DNA from: Minisyncoccota bacterium
Lineage (GTDB): Bacteria; Patescibacteriota; Minisyncoccia; Phycocordibacterales; UBA9973
Direction: 5' to 3'
Assembly: GCA_041661005.1 (NCBI GenBank)
Contig: JBAZVG010000001.1
Span: 543,515 to 607,514, forward strand
DNA: 64,000 nt
Under the pieces are notes generated by a model. The model worked only from the letters and a program-made list of their open reading frames with translations, was not told where the DNA came from and did not search any database. Each line of letters begins with the position of its first letter. Positions within the stretch are counted from its first letter, which is position 1. The position numbers and the translations under genes are program-made. Shown piece after piece: positions 1 to 8,914 of this stretch.

Positions 1-368
1 GAAGAAAGCGAAATCCCACGGAAATCTTTCGTTCGAGGGAGGGCGACATTGATAAGCTTTTCCAGAAAAGCATACATCCTTTTACCCCGCAATGTCACGA
101 TGACTCCGATCGGATCGCCCTGCCTAGTCTTAAAAGACGCGACTGATTGCTTGGCGCCTCTAGTCACCGGCTTCTGGCCAGTTATCTTTGCTAAACGCAG
201 AGCAATAGCTTCATTTTTATTCTTATCTTTTTTCATAGCTGTCCCTGTGCCCACATTCAGCACGATTTTTTGCATTTTTGGCGCAGCTATAGCGCTCTTG
301 TAATGAAAAGTTGTTTTCATTTTATCAAACACTTCTATTTCTTTTTCTTTAACAGTTAAATGTTTCAT
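1..368 (-). CDS. rplE: 50S ribosomal protein L5 (5' part; runs off the window)
   Basis: Reverse frame from ATG at 368 reads MKHLTVKEK...APKMQKIVLNVGTG...ITGQKP; follows rplX as in the spc operon. Confidence 0.95.
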   Translation of the reverse strand, partial: MKHLTVKEKEIEVFDKMKTTFHYKSAIAAPKMQKIVLNVGTGTAMKKDKNKNEAIALRLAKITGQKPVTRGAKQSVASFKTRQGDPIGVIVTLRGKRMYAFLEKLINVALPRTKDFRGISLS

Positions 369-375
369 TTGGTTT

Positions 376-594
376 TTAATCTAATTTTTTAACGTTCGAG
401 GCATGGATCGGCATTTCGATACTTTTCATGCTTCCTTTTTCGCCAGACTTTCTCGGACGCTGGTGTTTCTTCATCATATTCGCGCCTTCGACAATGACCT
501 TGTTCTCATTCACTAAAACTCGGACAATTTTTCCTTTTTTGCCTTTATCCTTGCCTGTTATTATTGTTACACTGTCTCCTTTCTTGATTTTCAT
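376..594 (-). CDS. rplX: 50S ribosomal protein L24 (short, 72 aa)
   Basis: MKIKKGDSVTIITGKDKGKKG KOW motif, EMPIHASNV. Confidence 0.97.
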   Translation of the reverse strand: MKIKKGDSVTIITGKDKGKKGKIVRVLVNENKVIVEGANMMKKHQRPRKSGEKGSMKSIEMPIHASNVKKLD

Positions 595-603
595 ATTGTG
601 TTG

Positions 604-975
604 TTATATTACCTCTTGCGCTAATGAAATTATTTTCTGAAATCCTTTTTCGGCTAGCTCTCTCGGAATCGGACCGAATACGCGACCAGCTTTTGGATCC
701 AGCTTGCCTTTCTCGAGAAGCACGACAGCATTATCATCAAAACGAATATAAGATCCGTCACGCCTTCTGAAAGCATTTCTGGTGCGCACGATGACTGCTT
801 GATGCACATCTTTCTTTTTGACCCCCTTTCTAGGACTCGCCACTTTGACGGTAATAATGACCTGCTCACCCAAAGTAGCGTATCTTTTTTTAGAGGAACC
901 TAAAACCTTAAACACCTTTCCTATGGTGCCTCCAGCATTGTCTGTTATTTTTACCCATGTTCCTGCTTGAATCAT
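604..975 (-). CDS. rplN: 50S ribosomal protein L14
   Basis: MIQ..DNAG, RRRDGSYIRFDDNAVV, RVFGPIPREL. Confidence 0.98.
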   Translation of the reverse strand: MIQAGTWVKITDNAGGTIGKVFKVLGSSKKRYATLGEQVIITVKVASPRKGVKKKDVHQAVIVRTRNAFRRRDGSYIRFDDNAVVLLEKGKLDPKAGRVFGPIPRELAEKGFQKIISLAQEVI

Positions 976-979
976 ATAT

Positions 980-1267
980 TTATTTGCTTAAAACTTTAAA
1001 GTGTTTATCCTTTGAAATCGGTTTCGTTTCTACTATTTGCACGTTGTCTCCGATTTTATATTTATTTTCCTCATCATGCGCTTTGTATTTTTTGCTTACT
1101 TGGTAAAATTTGCCATACAAAGGATGCTTGATAAACCTGAAAACGTTGACAGTCACAGTCTTGTCCATTTTATCGGAAACAACCACACCTTTTAAGACGT
1201 TGCCTGTCCTGAGCGAAGTCGAAGGACCTTTGTTTTCTTTATTTTCTTTTTGTATTTTCGTTTTCAT
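980..1267 (-). CDS. rpsQ: 30S ribosomal protein S17
   Basis: [39 protein letters not shown]. Confidence 0.97.
   Translation of the reverse strand: MKTKIQKENKENKGPSTSLRTGNVLKGVVVSDKMDKTVTVNVFRFIKHPLYGKFYQVSKKYKAHDEENKYKIGDNVQIVETKPISKDKHFKVLSK
1203..1225. repeat. Small GC-rich hairpin element in frame in the rpsQ N-terminus (PSTSLRT)
   Basis: CCTGTCCTGAGCGAAGTCGAAGG inside otherwise AT-rich codons ahead of the conserved S17 core. Confidence 0.6.
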
Positions 1268-1282
1268 TTTTTTTACAACTTT

Positions 1283-1474
1283 TTACTTTGCGCGATTTAT
1301 TTCCGTCAAAACCCGAGCGATCTCTTTCCTCAAAGTTGCAAACTCTTTCACATTCTTTGATTTTGACCCTTCAGCTTTGAACTTTATAAGTCTCGCATTT
1401 TCCTGTAAAACAGCAAGTTTCTTTTTCAGCTCGCTTTCTGTCATGTCTTTTAAATTATCTTTTTTCTTTGCCAT
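1283..1474 (-). CDS. rpmC: 50S ribosomal protein L29
   Basis: LKDMTESELKKKL...LRKEIARVLT; lies between rplP and rpsQ; start taken at MAKKK. Confidence 0.93.
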   Translation of the reverse strand: MAKKKDNLKDMTESELKKKLAVLQENARLIKFKAEGSKSKNVKEFATLRKEIARVLTEINRAK

Positions 1475-1487
1475 ATGATTATCTAAA

Positions 1488-1916
1488 TTATTGTTTGTGA
1501 ACTCTGGACACAATTCTTACTTTGATCGGAAGTTTACTACCAGCTTTTCTGAGAGCCTCCCCCGCAGTTTTTTCATCTACCCCGTCCACTTCAAAAATAA
1601 TACGGCCGGGAAAAACGTCAAAACAATATCCCTGTGGATCTCCTTTACCCTTTCCCATGCCCACTTCCGCCGCTTTGGCGGTATATGGACGATCCGGAAA
1701 AATGCGAATCCAATACTTTCCAGCCTTGGTGAGCGTTCTGGCTATCACCTTTCGAGCAGCTTCAATCTGGGCTGACCTCACACGCGCCTGAGATACAGAT
1801 TTGAGTCCATAAGAACCGAAAGACAGCTTGATGCCTCTAGTATCCGGCGATGTCGCCTTTGGATTACTTCGTCCCGTCTGCCATTTCCTAAATTTTACTT
1901 TTTTTGGAGTCAACAT
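1488..1916 (-). CDS. rplP: 50S ribosomal protein L16
   Basis: MLTPKKVKFRK, QIEAAR, WIRIFPDRP, MGKGKG. Confidence 0.98.
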   Translation of the reverse strand: MLTPKKVKFRKWQTGRSNPKATSPDTRGIKLSFGSYGLKSVSQARVRSAQIEAARKVIARTLTKAGKYWIRIFPDRPYTAKAAEVGMGKGKGDPQGYCFDVFPGRIIFEVDGVDEKTAGEALRKAGSKLPIKVRIVSRVHKQ

Positions 1917-1920
1917 AAAA

Positions 1921-2625
1921 TTAATCAGACTTGGCTTTATTTTCTAATGATTCGTTCTTTTTTGTATTTTTGTCAGCAAAAATTTTACCGCGATAAATCC
2001 AGACTTTCACACCCACAACGCCATAAGACAAAGTCGCGCGCTCACGTTTGAAGTCTATGTCCGCGCGGAAAGTCTGAAGCGGGATACTTCCACGCTTGAG
2101 CTCTTCCGTGCGGGCAATGTCTGCCCCTCCTAACCTGCCTGATAACACCACTCTCGCTCCCTCTACCCCGCGCGCTGTCATAACCTTTTCGATAATTGTT
2201 TTGATGACCCGGCGATAAGGCATTCGTTTCTCCAATCCTTCAGCGATCATATATGCCACGATCGCGGCATCAGCTTCTGGATTTGTGACTTCAATGACTT
2301 CGAGTTTGAAATCTTCCGGTCGTGGAAGTTTCAGATTATCCATTTTTTTAAGAATTTCCTCTTTGAGCTTTGTCGCTCCTTCGCCATTTCTGCCGATAAT
2401 GAGACCGGGGCGAGAAGTTTTGATGATAAATCTGGTAGCTTTTCTGCTTCTCTCGATTTCAATTGTAGAAACATACATCCCACGCAATTTCTTTTCCAAA
2501 TATTGGCGCACGAGCACATCTCCTTTCAAATAAGAGACATACTTTTTCGGATCGGCAAACCAGCGACTTTTCCAGTCTCTGAGCATGATCAATCTATGTG
2601 CGTATGGATGAACTATTTTTGACAT
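1921..2625 (-). CDS. rpsC: 30S ribosomal protein S3
   Basis: RPGLIIGRNG KH motif, SGRLGGADIARTE, PLQTFRADID, GVKVWIY. Confidence 0.98.
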   Translation of the reverse strand: MSKIVHPYAHRLIMLRDWKSRWFADPKKYVSYLKGDVLVRQYLEKKLRGMYVSTIEIERSRKATRFIIKTSRPGLIIGRNGEGATKLKEEILKKMDNLKLPRPEDFKLEVIEVTNPEADAAIVAYMIAEGLEKRMPYRRVIKTIIEKVMTARGVEGARVVLSGRLGGADIARTEELKRGSIPLQTFRADIDFKRERATLSYGVVGVKVWIYRGKIFADKNTKKNESLENKAKSD

Positions 2626-2629
2626 ATTA

Positions 2630-3013
2630 TTATTTCGTAACTTTTTTTGTTTTAATCGCCTTTGTCTTCTTTGTTTTTGTTACTTGCGCCACTTTCTCAC
2701 CCAAAAGGAGGCTGAGATGACTGGTGCGTTTGTTTATCCTGTGTCCTGTGCCCATGGCAGCCGGCATCATTCTTTTCATTGTTATACCTTTGTCTACTCG
2801 CAATTCTTTAACAAATAAATTTTCTGCGTCTATTCCCATAGACTTTGCATTCGCAACAGCAGAAAGTAAAAGCTTTTTTATCGGCAAGCCTGCTCGCTTT
2901 GCCAAAAAATCAAGTTCAGCTATGGCTTCATTCACACTCTTTCCCTTTACCAGTCCTGCAACTAAGCGAACTTTTCTCGGAGCCTGTCTGTAATTTTTTA
3001 AAAAAGCTTTCAT
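2630..3013 (-). CDS. rplV: 50S ribosomal protein L22
   Basis: RQAPRKVRLV, LLSAVANA, INKRTSH. Confidence 0.97.
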   Translation of the reverse strand: MKAFLKNYRQAPRKVRLVAGLVKGKSVNEAIAELDFLAKRAGLPIKKLLLSAVANAKSMGIDAENLFVKELRVDKGITMKRMMPAAMGTGHRINKRTSHLSLLLGEKVAQVTKTKKTKAIKTKKVTK

Positions 3014-3030
3014 GTTTATCTTATTTTTTA

Positions 3031-3384
3031 TTATTTCTTAGCCCCCTTTGCGTCGAGAGCGGCGGCAGTCGCTCCTTTTGCCGCATTTATTTCAGCTTCC
3101 TGTTTCTTTTGTTCAAGTTCTTTCTGCATCTTTCCGCCATGCTTTGTGAATTTCTTTGTTGGAGAAAATTCTCCCAATCTATGACCCACCATGTCTTCGG
3201 TGACCAGGACATCCACATGCACTTTGCCATTGTAAACGCCAAAAGTGAAACCAAGCATCTCGGGAGAAATGACGCAAGCCCTCTTCCATGTCTTGATGGA
3301 AGGAGTATTGAGCGGATTTTTGCCGGCAATCTTTTTTAAGAGCCTTTCATCCACGTATATTCCTTTTTTGATTGATCTTGTCAT
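3031..3384 (-). CDS. rpsS: 30S ribosomal protein S19
   Basis: [30 protein letters not shown]; start at MTRS rather than the upstream ORF-track start. Confidence 0.97.
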   Translation of the reverse strand: MTRSIKKGIYVDERLLKKIAGKNPLNTPSIKTWKRACVISPEMLGFTFGVYNGKVHVDVLVTEDMVGHRLGEFSPTKKFTKHGGKMQKELEQKKQEAEINAAKGATAAALDAKGAKK

Positions 3385-3390
3385 GTGTTT

Positions 3391-3486
3391 ATTCCCCTCT
3401 TGAGGGGTGGCTCGCTTGCGAGACGGGGTGGAAAAATACATCCACCTCCCTCCGACCAAAGTCGGAGTACTCCTCAAGAGGAGAAT
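3391..3486. repeat. Multi-hairpin dispersed element, copy 1 (family A)
   Basis: ATTCCCCTCTTGAGGGGTGG...CGGGGTGGA...TCCACCTCCC...GTACTCCTCAAGAGGAGAAT; second copy at 37092-37178. Confidence 0.9.
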
Positions 3487-3518
3487 TAATTAAAAATAGC
3501 TCGTAACGAGCTTGGTTT

Positions 3519-3547
3519 TATATTAGCAAATATGAATAAAATGTCAA
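3519..3547 (-). promoter_or_regulatory. Internal sigma70-type promoter for rpsS and downstream genes
   Basis: TTGACA-16 nt (ending TGC)-TAATAT on the minus strand. Confidence 0.6.
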
Positions 3548-3556
3548 CAAACAAAC

Positions 3557-3591
3557 AAAAATGGGGGCATCAGACTGCCGATGCCCCCACA
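3557..3591 (-). terminator. Intrinsic terminator inside the S10 cluster
   Basis: TGGGGGCATCGG-loop-CTGATGCCCCCA followed by TTTTTG on the minus strand. Confidence 0.7.
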
Positions 3592-3601
3592 TGCCTCATT
3601 G

Positions 3602-3664
3602 CTACCGCCGCCGATTTGCGAACTTCTTCAAGTGTCTTGGAGAGGGTTTTTTCTTCTCTGCCAT
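3602..3664 (-). CDS. Putative 20-aa basic peptide MAEKKKPSPRHLKKFANRRR
   Basis: Strong SD GGAGGTGA just before the ATG, followed by a terminator; below the ORF-track cutoff. Confidence 0.5.
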   Translation of the reverse strand: MAEKKKPSPRHLKKFANRRR

Positions 3665-3767
3665 GGTTCTCACCTCCCTTCCGTGATCAAAAGACCACAT
3701 TGTTCGTTGTTCACTTATATTTATACAACTTACAAAAAATAACACAATACAAAAAAGTGGATAAACA

Positions 3768-3842
3768 CAACCTCCTGAATCCCCCTTGTCAGGGAGACAC
3801 CAAAAACCCTCCCTTGATAAGGGGAGGGTTAGGGAGGGGTTG
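3768..3842. repeat. C/G-tract palindromic element downstream of rplB
   Basis: CAACCTCCT...CCCTCCCTTGATAAGGGGAGGGTTAGGGAGGGGTTG; similar style to the carB insert. Confidence 0.65.
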
Positions 3843-3847
3843 AATTT

Positions 3848-4687
3848 TTATTTTGATTTCCCAGTCTTCCTGCGAGAAACAATGAAAACATTTGAGTACC
3901 TCTTTGGACCACGAGTTTTTCTGCCACCTGTGACTTTACCCCACATGGTTTTCGGACGTTTGGTTCCTCTGCCCTGTCTACCTTCTCCACCTCCATATGG
4001 ATGGTCTACTGGGTTCATAGCAGTACCACGAACTGTTGGTCTGATTCCTTTCCAGCGACTTCGTCCAGCTTTTCCATAATTTTCAAGATGGTGCTCATCG
4101 TTTGAGACAGTTCCGACACATGCCCAACAATTTTCATTTATTTTTCTGACTTCCGTCGAAGGCATTTTGATGTTTGTGTATCCGTCGGCATTTGCCACCA
4201 CTTGCGCAAAAATCCCCGCCGAACGTCCGATCTTCGATCCACCATTTGGTTGTATTTCCACATTGTAAACGAAAGTTCCAACTGGAATATTTTTTAGCGG
4301 AAGTCTATTGGCAACGGTAAAAGGCGCCTTTTCTGACACGACAAAGGTATCGCCGGGCTTCACGGACTTTGGTAAAATAACATATCTTTTTTCTCCGTCT
4401 TTATAAACAGCGAGTCCGATAAAAGCCGAGCGGTTTGGATCATATTCAACGGATTTTATTGTAGCAGGAATTTCTTTTTTGTTATATAAAAAATCTACAT
4501 CTCGGTAGAGACGTTTGTGTCCGGCGCCTTTATGTCGCACAGTTATCCGCCCGGCGCTGTTTCTGCCCACCCTGCGATAAAAACCATGAGTCAAAGATTT
4601 AGTCGGCTCTGTGTGAGTCAAAAGCTCCCTATAAGGGATATGGGTCATTTGTCTTCTAGATTTGCTTGTGGGTTTGTATGTTTTCAT
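3848..4687 (-). CDS. rplB: 50S ribosomal protein L2
   Basis: GRNSAGRITVRHKG, EYDPNRSA, RPTVRGTAMNPVDHPYGGGEG. Confidence 0.99.
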   Translation of the reverse strand: MKTYKPTSKSRRQMTHIPYRELLTHTEPTKSLTHGFYRRVGRNSAGRITVRHKGAGHKRLYRDVDFLYNKKEIPATIKSVEYDPNRSAFIGLAVYKDGEKRYVILPKSVKPGDTFVVSEKAPFTVANRLPLKNIPVGTFVYNVEIQPNGGSKIGRSAGIFAQVVANADGYTNIKMPSTEVRKINENCWACVGTVSNDEHHLENYGKAGRSRWKGIRPTVRGTAMNPVDHPYGGGEGRQGRGTKRPKTMWGKVTGGRKTRGPKRYSNVFIVSRRKTGKSK

Positions 4688-4727
4688 CTGATTTACTTTA
4701 TGAACTTGATAACTTTCTACTTTATGA

Positions 4728-4997
4728 CTAAACGAACTCTATTTTATCTTCCTTTTTCAAATACACAAGAGCTTTTTTACCTCCGCCTTTCGTGCCCATG
4801 CGTCCTTTCGACATGATATTTTTCTTTGGCACGCTTAAAATATTTATTCGGATAGGTTTTACTTTATAAAGCGCAAAAATAGCCTTATTTATTTCTGTCT
4901 TGTTGGCATTATTTGAAACATCGAAAGTGTAGACATTTTGCTCTTGCGCCAATGATGCTTTTTCAGTAATTCTTGGGTTTTTAATTATGTTTGTCAT
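4728..4997 (-). CDS. rplW: 50S ribosomal protein L23
   Basis: IIKNPRITEKA, ANKTEI, KKALVYL. Confidence 0.97.
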   Translation of the reverse strand: MTNIIKNPRITEKASLAQEQNVYTFDVSNNANKTEINKAIFALYKVKPIRINILSVPKKNIMSKGRMGTKGGGKKALVYLKKEDKIEFV

Positions 4998-5002
4998 AAA
5001 AA

Positions 5003-5662
5003 TTATCCTCGAGACTCCAAGAATTTTACACTCTCGACCGGATTTTCTATTAAAAGATACTTGTAATTTAAAACATCAAACGGATTTAAATTTTTCAAAA
5101 AAGCTATCTCGAGTTGTGGTATATTTCTAAAACTTTTCTCTATCTTTTCATCACGTCCGAAAATCGTAGTCAAAACGCGAGGCTTCTTCGAAGCATCAAT
5201 GATTTTCCAACCTGAAACTTTTACCAAATTTTGCACTATCTTCACAGCATCTTTCGTTTTGATAGAAGACGTAGATAGTGAATCAACAAAAAGTATTTCT
5301 CCATCTTTTAATTTTTTTGAAAGAACGGAAAAGAGAGCTTGCGCGCGCATTTTCTTTGAGATTTTTCTCTTGTAATTCTTCTCAGCAAGAGGTCCGTGAG
5401 TCACACCTCCACCAACCCATATAGGGCTTCGAGATGATCCATGTCTAGCCTGTCCGGTTCCTTTTTGCTTCCAAGGCTTTCTACCTCCACCCCGAACTTC
5501 TCCTCGGTCTTTGGTATCGGCAGTTCCAGCTCTTTTGTTGCTCCTCATGCTCTGCACAACTTGGTGTACCAAATCACTGCGCCACTTAGCAGCAAAAACT
5601 TTTTCCGGAAGATCTATCTTCCCTGCCTCCGCCCCTTTTTGGTTGTATATTTTTGCTTCCAT
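5003..5662 (-). CDS. rplD: 50S ribosomal protein L4
   Basis: TKDRGEVRGGGRKPWKQKGTGQARHGS. Confidence 0.98.
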   Translation of the reverse strand: MEAKIYNQKGAEAGKIDLPEKVFAAKWRSDLVHQVVQSMRSNKRAGTADTKDRGEVRGGGRKPWKQKGTGQARHGSSRSPIWVGGGVTHGPLAEKNYKRKISKKMRAQALFSVLSKKLKDGEILFVDSLSTSSIKTKDAVKIVQNLVKVSGWKIIDASKKPRVLTTIFGRDEKIEKSFRNIPQLEIAFLKNLNPFDVLNYKYLLIENPVESVKFLESRG

Positions 5663-5673
5663 TTGCTTTTGCT

Positions 5674-6288
5674 TTATCTGCTGATTATTTCCACTAAACT
5701 CCCGCGTTTGCCGGCTACTGCTCCTTTGACAAGCATTATGTTATTTTCCTTATCAACAGAAACAACTTTTAAATTCTTTTGAGTAATGCGATCTCCACCC
5801 ATTCTGCCCGCCATTCTCATGCCCTTGGGGACGTGAGTTCGCAGTCCGCCACCGATACTTCCAGGCTCTCTTTCGGAATGTTTCTGACCGTGTGTTCGAG
5901 GACCGCCAGAAAAGCCATGGCGTTTCACAACACCCTGAAAGCCCTTGCCTTTTGACACGCTTGAAATCTGCAACTTATCATCCGGAGAAAAAACTGAAAC
6001 ATCAATACTAGCGCCTTCTTTAACATCTATCGTATCAGTGGGCTTGAGTCTAAATTCTTTAAGATATTTATAAAAAGCTCCTTTCATAGCCCCAGCCCTA
6101 CCCTTTGTAATTCTTTCTTTCTTTTGTGTTCCAAAACCAACTTGAACAGCATTGTAGCCATCCTTATCTTTTGAAAACACTCTCGTCACCGTGATCGGTC
6201 CAGCGGAGAGTATGGTAACTGGAACAACAACCCCCTCAGGTGAGAAGTATTCCGTCATGTTTTCTTTTGTTGCTAAAATGAATTTCAT
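5674..6288 (-). CDS. rplC: 50S ribosomal protein L3
   Basis: SKGKGFQGVVKRHGF, REPGSIG, MAGRMG. Confidence 0.98.
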   Translation of the reverse strand: MKFILATKENMTEYFSPEGVVVPVTILSAGPITVTRVFSKDKDGYNAVQVGFGTQKKERITKGRAGAMKGAFYKYLKEFRLKPTDTIDVKEGASIDVSVFSPDDKLQISSVSKGKGFQGVVKRHGFSGGPRTHGQKHSEREPGSIGGGLRTHVPKGMRMAGRMGGDRITQKNLKVVSVDKENNIMLVKGAVAGKRGSLVEIISR

Positions 6289-6299
6289 GGTTTTTTGTA

Positions 6300-6336
6300 A
6301 TAGCGCTTTAGGCGCTCAGAGCGCCTAAAGCGCTAT
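6300..6336. repeat. Perfect 18-bp-arm palindrome between rpsJ and rplC
   Basis: ATAGCGCTTTAGGCGCTC-A-GAGCGCCTAAAGCGCTAT. Confidence 0.9.
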
Positions 6337-6346
6337 CTCCTCGGTT

Positions 6347-6784
6347 CTACAACATTTTCACATCAATATCTACACCAGAAGGTAATGACAAATTGGTAAG
6401 GGCCTCAATGGTCTTTGCGTTTGGATTTATAATATCAATCAATCTTTTGTGCACTCGAATCTCAAACTGTTCCCTTGTATTTTTATAAATAAAAGGAGAA
6501 CGATTGACTGTATATTTCTTGATCTCAGTAGGTAGTGGCACAGGACCGACTATCGTCGCATCATGACGAACTGCAGTATCTATAATCTGCTTGACTGAGC
6601 TGTCGAGTATTTTACTCTCATAAGCTCGCACTCGTATGCGAAGTATAACCTCGCCATCTTCCTTTTTTTTCTTTAAAGAAACTTTAGAGACTTTTCCCGC
6701 TTTCTGCGGAACCCCAGAAGAGGTGGTGGTTTTTGCGTCTTTCACCATTTTAGGTTTTTTTATTTTTGTCTCTGTTGTTGTCAT
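6347..6784 (-). CDS. rpsJ: 30S ribosomal protein S10 with a ~45-aa N-terminal extension
   Basis: LRIRVRAYE, GPVPLPT, REQFEIRVHKRLIDI. Confidence 0.97.
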   Translation of the reverse strand: MTTTETKIKKPKMVKDAKTTTSSGVPQKAGKVSKVSLKKKKEDGEVILRIRVRAYESKILDSSVKQIIDTAVRHDATIVGPVPLPTEIKKYTVNRSPFIYKNTREQFEIRVHKRLIDIINPNAKTIEALTNLSLPSGVDIDVKML

Positions 6785-6823
6785 GGTACTTTTACTTTAT
6801 AACTTTGTGAACCTTTGAAGCTC

Positions 6824-8017
6824 CTAGCCTAATATCTTAGTAACAACTCCGGCTCCGACAGTCTTGCCTCCTTCACGAATAGCGAATCTTTGAGATTCTT
6901 CGAGCGCAACTGGGGTAACCAATTTAACTGTAATCTTTACTGTGTCTCCCGGCATGACCATCTCTGTTCCTTCAGCTAGAGCGACATCACCAGTAACATC
7001 TGTGGTTCGAATGTAGAATTGAGGTTTGTAACCCTTAAAGAAAGGAGTATGACGTCCACCTTCCTCTTTCTTCAAAACGTAAATTTCAGCAGTGAAATTG
7101 TCATGTGGAGTAGTAGTGCCCGGCTTACAAAGAACTTGTCCGCGAGTGATATCTTCTTTCTTAAGACCACGAAGAAGAATACCAGCATTGTCGCCAGCCA
7201 TACCTTCTTTTAGGCTCTTGTTAAACATTTCTATACCTGTAACTGTTGATTTTTGAGTAGGCTTGATTCCAACTATTTCGACATCTTCATCGACTTTAAC
7301 GACACCTCTTTCAATCTTTCCTGTAACGACAGTTCCACGTCCTTCGATTGAGAATATGTCTTCAACTGGCATGAGAAAAGGCTTTGCTAGATCTCGAACT
7401 GGAATCGGAATATAAGTATCAAGAGCGTTTGCAAGCTCGAGAATTTTCTTTGCCCATTCATCATCAACTGACTTTGACTCGAGACCTTTTAGAGCTGAAC
7501 CACGGATAACCGGAGCTCCTGCGCCGTCAAACCCTTGCTTGGTTAGAAGCTCACGAATTTCTTCCTCGACTAGATCGATCATTTCCTTATCATCAACCAT
7601 ATCGCACTTGTTTAAGAATACGATAATCTTTGGAACACCAACTTGCTTTGCTAGGAGAACGTGTTCACGAGTCTGAGGCATGGCACCGTCAGTAGCGGCA
7701 ACCACCAAAATGGCGCCATCCATTTGCGCTGCGCCTGTGATCATGTTTTTAATATAATCGGCGTGTCCCGGAGCATCGATGTGCGCGTAGTGGCGAGCAT
7801 CCGTAGCATACTCATTGTGAGAAATGTTAATAGTGATTCCACGAGCTTTTTCCTCGGGAGCATTGTCGATCTGATCAACACCTCGAAGTCTGACTTGCTT
7901 TCCAGCCAAGTTTAAAACATGCAAGATCGCAGCGGTTAAAGTGGTCTTACCATGGTCAACGTGACCAATAGTTCCGACATTTACGTGCGGTTTATCTCTT
8001 TTAAATTCTTCTGCCAT
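6824..8017 (-). CDS. tuf: Elongation factor Tu
   Basis: [39 protein letters not shown]. Confidence 0.99.
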   Translation of the reverse strand: MAEEFKRDKPHVNVGTIGHVDHGKTTLTAAILHVLNLAGKQVRLRGVDQIDNAPEEKARGITINISHNEYATDARHYAHIDAPGHADYIKNMITGAAQMDGAILVVAATDGAMPQTREHVLLAKQVGVPKIIVFLNKCDMVDDKEMIDLVEEEIRELLTKQGFDGAGAPVIRGSALKGLESKSVDDEWAKKILELANALDTYIPIPVRDLAKPFLMPVEDIFSIEGRGTVVTGKIERGVVKVDEDVEIVGIKPTQKSTVTGIEMFNKSLKEGMAGDNAGILLRGLKKEDITRGQVLCKPGTTTPHDNFTAEIYVLKKEEGGRHTPFFKGYKPQFYIRTTDVTGDVALAEGTEMVMPGDTVKITVKLVTPVALEESQRFAIREGGKTVGAGVVTKILG

Positions 8018-8225
8018 ATTTTTATTCTTACCCCGCAAGAGCGAGGAGACGTTACTAACTAAAACTCAACATACAGGAGCCAGTTGCTGGGGCTTAGTTA
8101 CTAACTTGCCCCGCTATAAGCGTGGGCGATAATTAAACTTATAATAATGTGCCTCAAGAGCGTTTCCGCTATTAGGAGGCAAATTGGTAAATCAAAACAA
8201 AAACTGCAAAAAGTGCAGTTATTAC

Positions 8226-8254
8226 CATACTAACAAATTAAAAAGTAATGTCAA
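8226..8254 (-). promoter_or_regulatory. Probable promoter for the tuf-S10 cluster
   Basis: TTGACA-16 nt-TAGTAT on the minus strand, just downstream of a terminator hairpin. Confidence 0.55.
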
Positions 8255-8272
8255 TATTATTTATACAAGTAT

Positions 8273-8330
8273 AAAAACAAAAGAAAAAACTTCAAGGCCC
8301 TCCTCCTCGAAGTTTTTTTCTTTTGTTTTT
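8273..8330. terminator. Long A/T-flanked hairpin, probable terminator
   Basis: AAAAACAAAAGAAAAAACTTC...GAAGTTTTTTTCTTTTGTTTTT. Confidence 0.6.
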
Positions 8331-8337
8331 TATAAGA

Positions 8338-8772
8338 TTAATTAACTTTTATTGGCTCACTAGATAGACTACATCCTGATTTAAAAACATAGCTATTTGA
8401 ACATGTAACTTGAATATACAAATCAGCTGAATTTTCTCCACTTAAAGGAACCCATGATTCTTGCTTATCGTTTGGAGTATTTGTCTCAATTGTTCTTACA
8501 AGCACAAATTGTCTTGGAGAATCTGAAACCTTTCTAATTAAATTTATATTAACTCCGGCATCAACTGGATAATTAGAAGTTTGCCAGTTAACAGTCTTTG
8601 TCCCAGCAAGTACAGCTACTGCCGGTGAAGTGACTAAAGTAACCGACTGGGTAGAAATTGTCGCTGGAGCAACTTCTTCAGGAGTTTTTTCAGTCTTGGA
8701 TGAAGTAAGAACCCAAAAAATAATACCTAAAACAATGATTACAAAAAGCGCGATATATTTATTTTTATTCAT
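8338..8772 (-). CDS. Hypothetical membrane-anchored exported protein
   Basis: N-terminal TM helix, beta-rich C-terminal part with a Cys pair; start placed 6 nt after TATAAT. Confidence 0.8.
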   Translation of the reverse strand: MNKNKYIALFVIIVLGIIFWVLTSSKTEKTPEEVAPATISTQSVTLVTSPAVAVLAGTKTVNWQTSNYPVDAGVNINLIRKVSDSPRQFVLVRTIETNTPNDKQESWVPLSGENSADLYIQVTCSNSYVFKSGCSLSSEPIKVN

Positions 8773-8914
8773 ACTTTTATTATACAAAGTTAATTAATAA
8801 ATTACCAACTCACTACCCCATAGTATATCACACTTATCATAAAAAGCAAGCTCCCCGTCCCCGAATTCTGACTCCAAGCGCAATGTATAGTTAAAAAAAG
8901 CCCCACAGACTGGG

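Noticed and set aside
3385-3477. Apparent N-terminal extensions of S19 (and likewise of L7/L12 at 37063-37143)
   Set aside because: These are chance read-throughs of family A repeats; the conserved proteins begin at 3384 and 37062.
3532-3843. 103-aa plus-strand ORF in the rplB-rpsS gap
   Set aside because: Runs antisense through a terminator and a palindromic repeat; the minus-strand signals explain the region better.
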